Shown: positions 36,860 to 49,975, numbered from the stretch's first letter. The stretch: DNA of 64,000 bases from Chiloscyllium plagiosum (GCF_004010195.1 NC_057718.1:70291382-70355381); one strand, 5' to 3'. The notes: a model not told the origin generated them from the letters alone. Program-made: numbers and translations.

Positions 36860-39800
36860 ATATAAGGAGGTGATCATATTTGTTTTAATGCAAGGAGTAT
36901 GACAGGTCAGGCAGATGAATTTAGAGCTTGGATTAATACATGTCTTTATGATTTTGTAGCTATTACAGAAACCTGGTTGAGAGAGGGGCAGGATCAGCAG
37001 TTTAATGTTCTAGGATTTAGATGTTTCAGGCATGGTAAAGAAGTGGGGGAGTTGCATAACTGATTAGGGAAAGCACTTTAGAGGGCTTATCAAACAAGGT
37101 CATGTGGATAGAGTTTAGGACTAGGATGGATGTAATTATGGTGGAATTATATTGCAAGCCTCCCAACAGGCAGAGAAACAGAAATGTGTACAGATTTGAA
37201 AAAATATACAAATAGCAGGGTTATGGTAGGTGATTTTAACTTCCCCACACTGCCAAGGATTTAGATGGGGAGTTTGCTAGGCATGTCCAGGATCATTTTT
37301 TGAAATGCATAAGTAATCCAATTGGGGAAGGTGCGATACTAGACCTGGTGTTGGGAAATGAACCAGGTCAAGTGATCAAAATTTCAGTGGGGTCGCATTT
37401 TGAGAACAGTGACCATAATACTGTAAATTTATAAGTTACTTATGGATAAGGATAAGAATGAAAGTACTAAACTGGGGGGGAAGGCTAACTACCACAGTAT
37501 CAGACAGGGACCGGTGAATGTAGATGATGGCAGCTGTTTGACGGTAAATCTATGTCTGGCACGTGTGAATCTTTTAAAGGCCAGTTGATTTAAATTCAGG
37601 ACAAACATGTTCCTGTGAAAATCAAGGTTGGATGGCAAGATTAGAGTACCTTGGGTGACAATAGAATTGAGAGCTTAGTTAAGAGAAAGGAAGCATACGT
37701 GTGGTTTAGGAAACTGAAGACAGAGAGCCTGCAAAGCATACAAAGATAGCAGGAAAGATCTCAAACAAGGAATTAGGACTGAAAGAGGCCATGAAATGTC
37801 TTTAGTAAACATGATTAAGGAGAATTCCAAGGTGTTTCATATTTGAGCTAGAGCATAACGAGGGAAAGTGTAAATAAACTCCAGGTCAAAGGAGGGAATT
37901 TACACGTGGAGCTGGAGGAAGTGGGTGAGGTCCTTAAGGATAACTTCACATTGGTATTCACAAAGGACATGGTGGATGGTGAGTCTTTTGTTGTTACGTA
38001 ATAATACAGGCAAAAAACAAACTACTATTGGAGTTCAAGGTGTGTGATTGGGAAGTGTGAGCCCACTTTTGAAATACTGCATTCAATTTTGGTGTCCCTG
38101 TTATAGGAAGGATGTTGTGAAACTTGAAAGGCTCCAGAAAAGATTTACAAGGACGTTGCCAGGGTTGAAAGATTTGAGCTATAGCGAGAGGCGGAAGAGG
38201 CTAGGGCTGTTTTTACTGGAGACTGAGGGGTGACCTTACGAAGGTTTATAAAATTATGAGGGGCATTAATAGGCCAATAGCTAAGATCTTTTCCCCAAGG
38301 TAGAGGAGTCCAAAACAAGAGGACATAGGTTTTAGGTGAGAGGGGAAAGATTTAAAAGGGACTTAATGGGCAACTTTTTCATGTAAAGAATCATAGAGAT
38401 GTACAATACGGAGACAGACCCTTCAGTCTAACTCATCCATGCTGATCAAATATCCCAACCCAATCTAGTCCCACCTGCCAGCACCCAGCCCATATCCCTC
38501 CAAACCCTTCCTATTCATATACCCATCCAGATGCCTTTTAAATATTGCAATTGTACCAGCCCCCACCACTTCCTCTGGCACCTCATACACGTACCACCCT
38601 CTGTGTGAAAAAGTTTCCCGTAAGGTCTCTTTTTATATCTTTTCCCTCTCACCCTAAACCTATGCCCTCTAGTTCGGGACTCCCTCACCCCAGGGAAAAG
38701 ACTTTGTCTATTTATCCTATCCATGCCCCTCATGATTTTATAAACCTCTATAAGGTCACCCCTCAGCCTCTGATGCTCCAGGGAAAACAGCCCTAGCCTA
38801 TTCAACCTCTCCCTATAGTTCAAATCCTCCAACCCTGGCAATATCCTTGTAAATCTTTTCTGAATCCTTTCAAGTTTCACAACATATTTCCGGTAGGATG
38901 GAGACCAGAATTGCATGCAGTATTCCAACAATGGCCTAACCAATATCTTGTACAGCTGCAGCATGACCTCCCAACTTCTATACTCAAACTTTAACCAATT
39001 ATAAGAGAGCACACCAAACACCACCTTCACTGTCCTATCTACCTACTTTCAAGGACGGTGCGTGTATGGAATGAGCTGCCAGAGGAAGTGATGGAGGCGC
39101 GTACAGTTACAACATTTAAAAGGCATCTGGATGGGTATGTGAATAGGCAGTGTTTAGAGGGATAAGGGCCAAATGCTGGCAAATGGGACTAGATTAATTT
39201 AGGATATCTGGTCAGCCTGACAAATTGAACCAAACTATCTGTTTCAATGCTGTACATCTCTATGATTCTATGACTCTGTGTTGGTAATCTGAGGTGTATC
39301 AATATAAAAAAGGAGGGCTGTTTTGAAAACAAAGACAAGTCCCCAGGATCTGATGAGATCCCTCCCAGAATGCCAAGGGATGCAGGTGACAAAATTGCTG
39401 GGGCCTTATTTGAAATCTTTGTATCCCCTTTAGTGACAGGAGAGGTCCCAGATGACTGAAGAATAGCCAACGTGTTCCTTTGTTTGAGGGCAGCACAGAT
39501 TTTCAGGGAAATTGCCAACCAGTGAGCCTTTAATCAGTGGTAGGGAAATTATTGGAGAAGATTCTTGGTGATACTCATATTTGGAAAAATATGGATTTAT
39601 TAGCATCAGGCAGCATGACTTTGTCTCACAAATTTGATTGAGTTTTTTGAGGAAGTAACAAAGATAATTGAAGGCATTGTCTAATGAAGGCCTTTGACAA
39701 GGTCCCTCATGGCAGGTTGATATAAAAGGTGAAGTCATATGGGATCTGCAATGAGCTGCTAAAATGGATACAGAACTGGCTTAGTCATGGAAGACAGAGT

Positions 39801-41200
39801 AGCGGTGGAAAGTGTTTTTCTGACTGGAGATTCGTAACTAGTGGTGTTCCATAGGGATCAATGCTTGGACTTCTTTTGGTAATATATATAAATGACTTGA
39901 GGGAGAATATAGGTAGCCTCATTAGTAATTTTGCTGATGACAGAAAGATTAGGGGCATTCCAGATAATGAGGAGGATTGCCAGAGTATACAGCAGGATGT
40001 AGATAGGCTGGAGATTTAGGCATCAAAGTGGCAGATGGGGTTTAAACTGGACACATGTGAGGTGATGTATTTTGGAAGATCGAATGCAGGAGAGAAGTAT
40101 ACAGTAAATGGTAGAACCCTTAGTAGTATCAACGTACAGAGAGATCTAAGCGTACAGGTCCATAGTTCCCTGAAAATATCAACACAAGTCGATACGGTTG
40201 TCAAAAAGTCAAATAGCATGCTTGCTTTAATCATTTGGGGCATAAGAGTGTAAACATTGGCAAATCATGTTGCAGCTGTATAGAACTTTAGTTAGGCCAC
40301 ATTTGTGGATGGCACAGTGGTTAGCACTGCTGCCTCAGTGTCAAGGACCTGGGTTTGATTCCAGTCTCAGGTATCTGTTTGTATGGAGTTTCTCCCTGTG
40401 TCTGTGTGGGTTTCCTCCGGGTACTTTGGTTTCATCCTGCAGTCCAAAGATATGCAGAGTAGGTGAATTGGCCATGCTAAATTGCTCATAGTGTTCAGGG
40501 ATGTGTAGGCTAGGTTCATTAGTCCGAGGAAATGTGGAGTAATAGGAGAGGAAATGGGTCCGGGTGGGATACTGTTCAGAGGTCAGTGTGGACTTGTTGG
40601 GGCAATGGCCTATTTCCACACTAGTGATTCTATTATTTGGAATATTGTGTACAGTTCTGGTCGCCACAATACCTGAAAGATATGGAGGATTTGGAGAGGG
40701 TGCAGAAATGGTTTACCAAGATGCTCTGAATGCCAGTTCTGAAGAAGGATCACTGGACCAAAAACATTAGCTCTGCTTTCTCTCCACAGATGCTACGAGA
40801 CCTGCAGAGTTTTGCCAGCAATTCCTGTGTTTGTACCAGAATGTTGTCTGGTTTAGCGTGTATTAGCTATGAGGCTAAGTTGGACAAATTTGGTTTGTTT
40901 CAATTGAACTTTCAAGAATGAAGGGTGACCTGATAGAAATTTACAAAATTATAGGAGTCCTGTCTAGAATGTCAAGGGTGTTTCCCAGGGTAGAAATGTC
41001 AGTTCCCGGGGGCATTTGTTTAAGGTAAAATGGAAAAATTTAAAGGAGTTACAGAGTCCTAGAGATGTACAGCACAGAAGCAGACTTTTCGGTCCAACTT
41101 GTCCATGCCAACCATATATCCCAACCCAATCTAGTCCCACCTGCCAGCACCCGGCCCATATCTCTCCAAACTCTTCCTATTCATATACCCATCCAGAAGC
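36860..41200 (+). mobile_element. Cluster of nested CR1 fragments, mostly +, with - copies at ~38388-39054 and ~41050-41200; SINE at 40305-40635; Penelope end at ~40725-40832
   Basis: Endonuclease and RT motifs throughout. ORF 38515..39030 is the CR1 RT C-terminus. Confidence 0.85.
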
Positions 41201-41829
41201 TCTTAATCAGATATCAATTACTTTAGGGGCTGTTCTTCCTTTGACCTCATTAAAACAAAATATAGCCCTTTTAAACCATAAACAACAATAATAGGGATAC
41301 AAATACTCACCTTCTGTACTGACCCAGTCAGCAGCTTCCACTTGGCACTGTGTTACTTTGAACCTTGATGTCAGCCCAGGAGCTCTGCCTCTGGATTTAG
41401 TGAAAGTAAGTTGTGCTGCTCCTTTGAAAATTGTCCTGCTGCTTTGCTAAGTTGTTCCTTGCCAGATTTGCTTTCACTCTGTCAGATCTCCAGTACTCTT
41501 GGGTTCAGTGTTGTCCTCTTCTCCCTAAATCCCTTCCCTGACTCCTATTCTTGGTCACTCCCTTTACCTGCCTGTTTTATTTGGCTTTAAAGCATCCATA
41601 GTCAATCAGAGATGAGAGTACATCTAATCCCTTTTTATTATTGACCTCCCTGACTCAACCCCACTTATTTACATGCCTAATCCTGGTGGAAGTGAAATCC
41701 TTCCCCAGGCCACTTCCAACTGCACAAATCCAACTATTTCTAGCAGTCTAAACTTTGGCCATTGGTGAGGATAAGTTCAAGTATGTTTTTCTCTTTCTTT
41801 CTCGAACCTTTATCATACCATCTAAAGCA

Positions 41830-43760
41830 ACTCCTTACATGTTGAAGCAGTTCACATGTAAATACAGCAACATCTGGACAATATCCAGGTTTAGTCTGAA
41901 AAGTGGCAAGTAACATTTGCAACGCACATATATCAGAAGATGACCATCTCCACCGAGAGAGAATCTAACCATCATTCTTTGACATTCAATGGCATTACCA
42001 TCATTGAACCCACCAGTATCAACATGCTGTGGGTTACCATTGACCAGGAACTCAACTGGACTAGCTATAGGACAAGCCAGGGAACTATAGACCATGAGCC
42101 TGACCTCTGTGGTGGGCAAGTTGTTGGAGGGAATCCTGACGGACAGGATGTACATGTATTTGGAAAGGCAAGAACTGATTCAGGATAGTCAACATGGCTT
42201 TGTGCATGGGAAATCATGTCTCTCAAACTTGATTGAGTTTTTTGATGAATTAACAAAGAGGATTGAGGGCAGAGCAGTAGATGTGATCTATATGGACTTC
42301 AGTAAGGCTTTCGACAAGGTTCCCCATGGGAGACTGATTAGCAAGGTNNNNNNNNNNNNNNNNNNNNNNNNNNNNNNNNNNNNNNNNNNNNNNNNNNNNN
42401 NNNNNNNNNNNNNNNNNNNNNNNNNNNNNNNNNNNNNNNNNNNNNNNNNNNNNNNNNNNNNNNNNNNNNNNNNNNNNNNNNNNNNNNNNNNNNNNNNNNN
42501 NNNNNNNNNNNNGAGACCTTGGAGTGCAGGTTCATAGCTCCTTGAAAATGGAGTCGCAGGTAGATAGGATAGTGACGAAGGTGTTTGGTATGCTTTCCTT
42601 TATTGGTCAGAGTATTGAGTACAGGAGGTGGTAGGTCATGTTGCGGCTGTACAGGACATTGGTTAGGCCATTGTTGGAATATTGCACGCAATTCTGGTCT
42701 CCTTCCTATCAGAAAGATGTTGTGAAACTTGAAAGGGTTCAGAAAAGATTTACAAGGATGTTGCCAGGGTTGGAGGATCTGAGCTACAGGGAGAGGCTGA
42801 ACAGGCTGGGGCTGTTTTCCTTGGAGCGTCGGAGGCTGAGGGGTGACCTTATAGAGGTATACAAAATTATGAGGGGCATTGATAGGATAAATAGGCAAAG
42901 TCTTTTCCCCGAGGTCAGGGAGTCCAGAACTAGAGGGCGTAGGTCCAGGGTGAGAGGGGAAAGATATAAAAGAGACCTAAGGGGCAACATTTTCACGCAG
43001 AGGGTGGTAAATATATGGAAAGAGCTGCCAGAGGATGTGGTGTAGGCCGGTACAATTGCAACATTTAAGAGGTATTTGGATGGGTATATGAATAGGAATG
43101 GTTTGGAGGGATATGGGCCAGGTAGAATGGGTTGGGCTATCTGGTTGGCATGGACGGGTTGGACCGAAGGGTCTGTTTCCATGCTGTACATCTCTATGAC
43201 TCTGTATAAATACAGTGGCTACAAGAGCAAGTCAGAGGCTAGGAATATTGTGGTGAGTAACTTGTCACCTGACTCCCCAATGCCTATCCACTAAGGCAGG
43301 TGTGATGAAATACTCCCTACTTACCTGGATGAGTGCAGCTCCAACAACACAAGAAGCTTGACATCAATCCAGGACAAAGCAACTGCTTGACTGGTTCCAC
43401 ATCCACAAACATCCACCACCAATGCTTAACAGTAGCAGTGTGTAACATCAACAAGAGACACTGCAGGAATTCACCAAGTCTCCTTAGACAGCACCATCCA
43501 AACGTGCAACCACTTCCATCTGAAAGACCAAAGCAGCAGATATATGGGAACATCACCTGCAATTTCCCCTCCTAGCCACTCACTTTCCTGACTTGTAAAT
43601 ATATTGCACTCCCTTCAATGTTGGAGGTTTGTAATTTCTTCCCTGACAGCATTGTGGGTCTACCTACAGCAATGAAACACAGCTATTCAAGAAGGCAGTT
43701 CACCACCGCCTCTAGGGGAGCTAAGGATGGGCACCTACAATGTTCATATCCCATGAATGT
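41830..43760 (+). mobile_element. Family-2 (CR1/L2-group) LINE 3' fragment split by a young CR1 (~42065-43205; gap 42348-42512)
   Basis: caggaactcaactggact|...|ataaatacagtggctacaagagc is colinear with the uninterrupted copy at ~46030-46800. The nested CR1 has near-intact LRLYRTLVRPLLEYC..FTQRVV. Confidence 0.85.
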
Positions 43761-43894
43761 GTGTTAAAGGAAAGAAATTAACCCTTTGACCAAACTTCTT
43801 CTTTTGTCATCTCTCCTAGTGGCCTGCTTTGTGACTAAGAATCAGATTTTTATTTGATATGAAGGGTAAAGTTAGCATATTCATTAAACAGAGA

Positions 43895-44056
43895 CAACTT
43901 GTGGTGGTTTATCCAGCGGGTCACTATGCCTCAAACAAGGGGAGAGATTGAGAAGGAGAGTCCTTCATGGTAATCTCAGCCAGTGCAGGAACTGAATCCA
44001 TGCTGTTGGCATCACTCTGCATCACAAGCCAGCCATCCAGCCAACTGAGCTAACTG
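43895..44056 (-). mobile_element. tRNA-derived SINE of a second family
   Basis: Reverse complement begins agttagctcagttggctgga (A box), with a degenerate B box ggattcagttcc. Confidence 0.6.
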
Positions 44057-44598
44057 TTTGCTTTGTATTCATTAATTCCCGGCCATTTTTACTTGCATTC
44101 CAATTGTAGTGCCCTTAATCAACTGATATTCTGTGGATTAAGGATCAAGCTGGTCATGGCTCAAAGCCATAGTACTTTGTATATCGATGACTCACAGAAG
44201 AATAAAGGAAATGGAGAGAAAACTAGACCATGTTCCATGGTTAATGCCACTTAATTTACCTTATTTTCATTTATATTTAGGAGCTGGATTATTGCTGTGG
44301 TTCTGTTCGCCGAGCTGGAAGTTTTTGTTGCAAACGTTTCGTCCACATAATGAATATGATTATTTATTAATCCAGCCCCTTATTCTTCTGCGTTGATGAA
44401 AATAATGTTTTAGTCTTCTACATTTGTAAGACTAAGGCCATTTGTAATTCTAGACAGATTCTTATAGGACACAATCCTGGGGCATTGATCAAATGTCCAT
44501 TTCAGTATTTGGCACACAGAGTGAAGACACAATCATTCAAAAATAAGTTTCAGACAGTCAACTCCCTGGCAATATCCTGAGCTTGACCTTAAGATTGT

Positions 44599-44903
44599 GG
44601 GCGGCACGATGGCACAGTGGCTAGCACTGCTACCTCACAGCGCCTGAGACCCAGGTTCAATTCCCGCCTCAGGCGACTGTTTGGAGTTTGCACGTTCTCC
44701 CCGTGTCTGCGTGGGTTTCCTCCGGGTGTTCCGGTTTCCTCCCACAGTCCAAAAAAGTGCAGGTCAGATGAATTGGCCATGCTAAATTGCCCGTAGTGTT
44801 AGGTAAGGGGTAAATGTAGGGGTATGGATGGGTTGCGCTTCAGCAGGTCGGTGTGGACTTGTTGGGCCGAAGAGCCTGTTTCCACACTGTAATGTAATCT
44901 AAT
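44599..44903 (+). mobile_element. HE1-type SINE
   Basis: Full length. Confidence 0.92.
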
Positions 44904-45560
44904 GTTAAATGAAATTTTAATTTGTGATGTCAACAGAGAAAATGTCATTGTTTTAAAACACACTGCCATTTATAAAATAGCCTCAGTTTTTGCTTGACCA
45001 CCTACATCCAAAGCATTTCTGTTGCACTCTGAATGTCCAAGTTTTCTCCCTTGATTAATCTATGTTAACAAATAGGAAAGTTAGATTATCTGTCTTGCAG
45101 CATCAACTTCATTCCAAAAAATATGACGTTCATGTACTATTCAATTCCAGCTTCAGTTACTTGCGCTCATAACATGGAGTTAAGTAGTGTTCGTAACTGA
45201 CTTTTTTTTTTATATCCAGAAGTGCTTTCTCACATAGCTGAATGGTTTTCTCCCCATCACCGAATCACCTGCTTAACTTTCCACCACTAAATCATTTGAG
45301 ATTCCAACTAATAATCAATTTACATGTAGAACTCATTTATGGCAGTGCAATGACACCAAAGGCAGGGAGATTTAAATGAAGACAGAGTTAGAACTTTGAA
45401 CATAGAACATTACAGCGCAGTACAGGAGTTTTGCCCCTCGATGATTCCACAGGTCAGTGCAACAATCTGAAGCCCATCAATCCTACACTCTTCCATCTTC
45501 ACCTGTATGTTTATCCAATGACCATTTAAATGCCCTGAATTTGGCGAGTCTAATACTGTG

Positions 45561-45766
45561 CTGAAACATGTGTTGCTGGAAAAGCGCAGCAGGTCAGGCA
45601 GCATCCAAGGAGCAGGAGAATCGACGTTTCGGGCATAAGCCCTTCTTTAGGGCTTATGCCCGAAATGTCGATTCTCCTGCTCCTTGGATGCTGCCTGACC
45701 TGCTGCGCTTTTCCAGCAACACATGTTTCAGCTCTGATCTCCAGCATCTGCAGTCCTCATTTTCTC
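45561..45766. mobile_element. Near-perfect palindromic Penelope-terminus element, 16-bp TSD
   Basis: CGAGTCTAATACTGTG at 45545-45560 and 45767-45782. Inverted arms of ~85 bp meet at gcccttc-tt-tagggc. Confidence 0.88.
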
Positions 45767-45809
45767 CGAGTCTAATACTGTGGCAGGCAGTAGGAGAGAG
45801 AAATAAGGC

Positions 45810-46035
45810 GCTCCATCCTCTGCAATGTCTGTTATTCTCAAGGCATTAAGAGTGTTGGTTGACATCGTTCAGGCAGAAGGACAGTCAGGCACAGACATAG
45901 CATGAAAGAGGGGCAGGAAGTTGGCAACTACGAGCATGAGGGCACACTATGTGAACCTGTTAATGGCCACCTTGGCCAAGCCCAGAAGCAGAGCAGACCC
46001 ACAAGGAGGTTTTCTGACTTGCTCCAATTGCCCTG
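45810..46035 (-). mobile_element. Old Tx1-like ORF2 C-terminal fragment
   Basis: Minus-strand KSENLLVGLL..LAKVAINR-like segment, homologous to ~54440-54500. Confidence 0.65.
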
Positions 46036-46800
46036 GGGCTCCACAACATTGACAAGTGGCAAGTAGCATTCACGCCACTCAAATGCTAGGCTATGACCAT
46101 CATCAGCAAGAGACAATCTAACCACCACCCTTCATATTCAATAGTGTTACTATCACTGAATCCTTCACTGTCAACATCCTGGGGTAATCATTGATGAGAA
46201 ACTCAACTGGACTCATCACATAAATACAGAGGCTACAACAGCAGATGAGAGGCTAGGAATCCTGCGGCAAGTAACTCACCACCCAACCCCTTTGTCCATT
46301 ATCTACAAGGCCCAAGTCAGGAATGTGATGTAATATTCTCCACTTACCTGGATGGGTGCAGCCCCAATAACACTCAGAAGCTTAACAGCATCCAGGACAA
46401 AACTGCTGCTTGATTGGTATTACATCCACAAGCATCCACTCTCTGCACCACCAATGCTCAATAGCAGTGTGTAGTATCTACAAAATGCACTGCAACAATT
46501 CACCAAGGACAGCACCTTCCAAAACAATGACCACTTCCATCTAGAAGGACAAGGGCAGCAGATATTTGGGAACACCACCATCTTTAAGTTCCTCTCCAAA
46601 CCACTCACCATCCTTCACCATTTCCTCACTGTCGCTGTGTTAAATCCTGGAATTCTGTCCCTAATGGCATTGTGAATCAACCCACAGCATGTGGACTGCA
46701 GCGGTTCAATAAGACAGCTCACCACTACCTTCTCGAGGGAACTAGGGACCTGCAATAAATGCTGGTCAGCCAGCGACACCCACATCATGCAAATGAATAA
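46035..46800 (+). mobile_element. Family-2 CR1/L2-group LINE 3' fragment
   Basis: KLNWTHHINT..RLGILRQV..IYKAQVRNVM*YSPLTWMGAAP..IQDK, with tail gcaataaatgctgg..gaataa. Confidence 0.8.
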
Positions 46801-47495
46801 ATTTTCAAAAGGGTCATATAGCTTGAAAACGGACATTTTGGTCCAACCAGTCCATACACATCATAATCCTAAATTAAACTAGTCCCACCTGTCTATGCTT
46901 GGCCCATATCACTCCAAGCATTTCTTAGCCCTGCGTTTATCCAAATGTTTTTTAAACATTGTAACTATACCCGCATCTACTACATTCTCTGGCAGTTCAT
47001 TCCACACATTACACTGTGTGTAAACAAAAAAATTTGAATTGAACTCAGGCCACCTGGCTTAGAGGTAGCGACATTATTACTACATCACTAGCATCCCCTA
47101 ACTGTTTCATAGATTAATGAGATTCTTCATTCTATCTTGGAAAAGTACTGAGTCTCAGCAGACACCACTTGTATAGAGTTGGGAAATCTTGATATCAAAA
47201 ATGCCAAAAAGAACATTCCTTACAATTCTCACCAATGCAGACCTGGACTTGTAATTGAACATACATATAGAAATAGAATGCACATATCTTTGTAGTTAGG
47301 CTATACTTTTCTTTAATCAACCAGTAGGGAATCAACCAGTGGCTAACTTGATTTACAGAGATTTCTCAATTTTTAATTGTTGAACTTTCTTAATTGTAAA
47401 CTCACTTTTCTTTGTCAGGTAGTGTGGCTTGGGATGAGAAGAAAATTGTGATTATTGTTTCATTCTTTTTCATGGCTGGTCATTTTCCCCATTAG

Positions 47496-47582
47496 ATGTG
47501 GAGAAGGTATTCTTGCCTTGGCTGATGGAAGAAACAAAGAAATCGATAGAGAAGAGAATTTTGGGAAGGACTATGTTGGACA
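47496..47582 (+). CDS. RSPH3: RSPH3 coding exon, 87 nt, phase 1->1
   Basis: ttccccattAG / GTaagt. Translates (D)VEKVFLPWLMEETKKSIEKRILGRTMLD, with the conserved FLPWL and GRTxLD motifs. Not in the ORF track. Confidence 0.93.
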
Positions 47583-49839
47583 GTAAGTAGATAATCTATC
47601 CAAGCAATTCTATTTTTATGCATATACTCAATTAATTCATGTAACAGACTAAAATAAATGCAAAATCAAAACATCTTGGGTGCTGAAAATCTGAACTGAA
47701 AACAGAAAATTAAAGAGATACTCAACAGATTTCATATTATCCACAGAAAGAGAAGCAAACTAAACATTTCAAGCCTAATGACCTTCCTTTTCAAAGACTT
47801 TAAATGTTGGTTAATAACACCATAAGAAATAAGAACAGGAGTACGCTATTCAGGCCCTCAATCCTCCTCCACCACTCAGTAGGATTATGGTTAATCTGAC
47901 ATTCATCATTTCAAATTTTCCCTGTAATCCTAATAATCAATAATCTGTCTATCTCAGCCTTAAATATACGCAAGGATTCGACCCCAAAAGTAACTGAGCC
48001 CTCTGAGAGAAGAAATTCTTCCTCGTCTCCATGTTAATATGTTCCTTGTGTTGTGGTTTTAATGAAGCAGTGATGATTATTGGGCATGTTGGCAAATTCT
48101 TCTCATTCGGCTTCTGAGACAGTCTAAATTTATTACCTATATCAGACAAGGATATTGTTACTTATTGACTGCATCATGTGGTGAAGGGGTTTTGGTGCTG
48201 AAGAAATTGCCCCTGAGAAATCTTGAAGCTCAATATTTTGATCACTCTTAAAAGTTCTCCTTGAGTATTGTGTACAGTTTTGGTCTCCGTATTAAAGGAA
48301 GGATGCCATAGAGGGAGTGCAACAGAGGTTTACCAGACTAATCTGCCTTAGCAGGATTGTTTTTAAAAGAGCAGATTTAGGAAACTGAGCCTGTATTCTC
48401 TAGAATTTTGAAGACTAAGAGGTGATCTTATTAAACTTACAAAGGTAATCCAAGGTGTAATGGGGGTTGTAAATGTGGTGTTTCCCCTTGTTGATATGGA
48501 ATCGAAGGACTTAAGCACAGAATAAGGGGCAGGTCTTTTATGAGGTGAGGAGCTACCTCTCCACTCCGTGGGCAGTAAATTTGGAATTCCCTACCCAGAG
48601 GGTTATAGGGGCTCAATCGTTGAGCATGTTCAAGACAGAATTTGATAGATTTTGGATATTAATATCAAGGGAAATGGAAATTGCCACTTTCCTGCACTTT
48701 TATGATTAGCCAGGATGATGTAGTAGGATGTTTTCCCCTTGCTGCTGGCTTCCCTTTAGGGAAGAAAACTGCCCTACATTTTGGTCTGACCTACGTGTGT
48801 ACAGTTTTGGTCTGACCTACATTTGACTCCAGACCCACAACAATTTGATTGACTCTTTAACTGCCCGCTGAGCAATTAGGGAAGGACAATAAATGCTGGC
48901 CTATCCATGCTCGTCCTGTGATTGCATTTTTAAAAAAAGAAAAGGGTTTTTCTCTGCTTATAATTATGTACACAAGTTACCGCTGTTTTTTTAACATTAT
49001 ATCTTAACTTTTCCAAATACTCTATCAAATGGTATGATGCAATAAATATTACAAACGCTTTCTTTAAAGAGGTCATTTGGACATTGTTTGTCTATAACGC
49101 ACACGTACTGTTGTTTCATATTGATTCTGCGCTTCTCCAAATGAGAAGAAATGTTGTTCCTGACAATGATGTGTCTTTTAGTTTTCTAAACGTTGATATT
49201 ATCCCAATGGGACTTTTGTTTCCAGAATACAGGATTTGTAATTGGGGTGTTACATTTTGGAATCCACCAGTCCTCTACCATCACTCCTGTACCAAGGAGG
49301 ATTGGAAAAATGTCATCAGATCTTCATTCAGAAACCTATCTGGATCAATTACTTTATTAACTTTGAATAATACCACCTTTTTATCTATCCTTTTTAACCT
49401 ATTTTTTTCTGTCCAATACTACTACTCCCCACTCTACTGACATAATAATTTGCTTTGAAAGATAATTACAAAATATTTAGTCAATATCCCAGCCCTTAAC
49501 CTACATACGATTTCCTGACTTATCCTAGCGTTGCATAGTTTTTTCAATTTCCTTTTACATTTTATATTCTTATCTTTTTGATTTCTTTTCTTCTCATGCA
49601 CCCTCATTGATCTTTACCTTTGATCAGTGGAAAAAGTCAAATACATATCAGCGCTGACACTCGTTGCACTTTAGAGCAATATGATTTTTATTCCATTTAC
49701 TAACTGATGTAGCTTTTATCCAACATTCAGCAGAGACAATCTTGAATCAATCATAGTAAGGACTGTTCTTTCAAGAAAAATACAATTGTGAGCAGTGTAG
49801 CTTCTGTAATTATAAGTATGTTTGTTCATTGTTTTGCAG

Positions 49840-49898
49840 TTATACTTCGTGATGTGGTTAATAACAGAAAACAGGCTTTTGCGAAGATGAAATCTTAG
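49840..49898 (+). CDS. RSPH3: RSPH3 terminal coding exon to TAG
   Basis: gttttgcAG acceptor. Translates (I)ILRDVVNNRKQAFAKMKS*, resembling the xLIREVVxxR motif. The six exons sum to 801 nt = 267 codons including the stop. Confidence 0.82.
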
Positions 49899-49975
49899 AA
49901 ACCAAAAAATGGGGAGACAATACAAGACCAATTTGGGTAAAGAAGGAATGCCAGAAATTTTATATCTTTCACTTC

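Noticed and set aside
44599..44670. SINE heads as tRNA genes
   Set aside because: They continue into the V-domain and LINE-like tail of HE1 SINEs; no standalone cloverleaf is supported.
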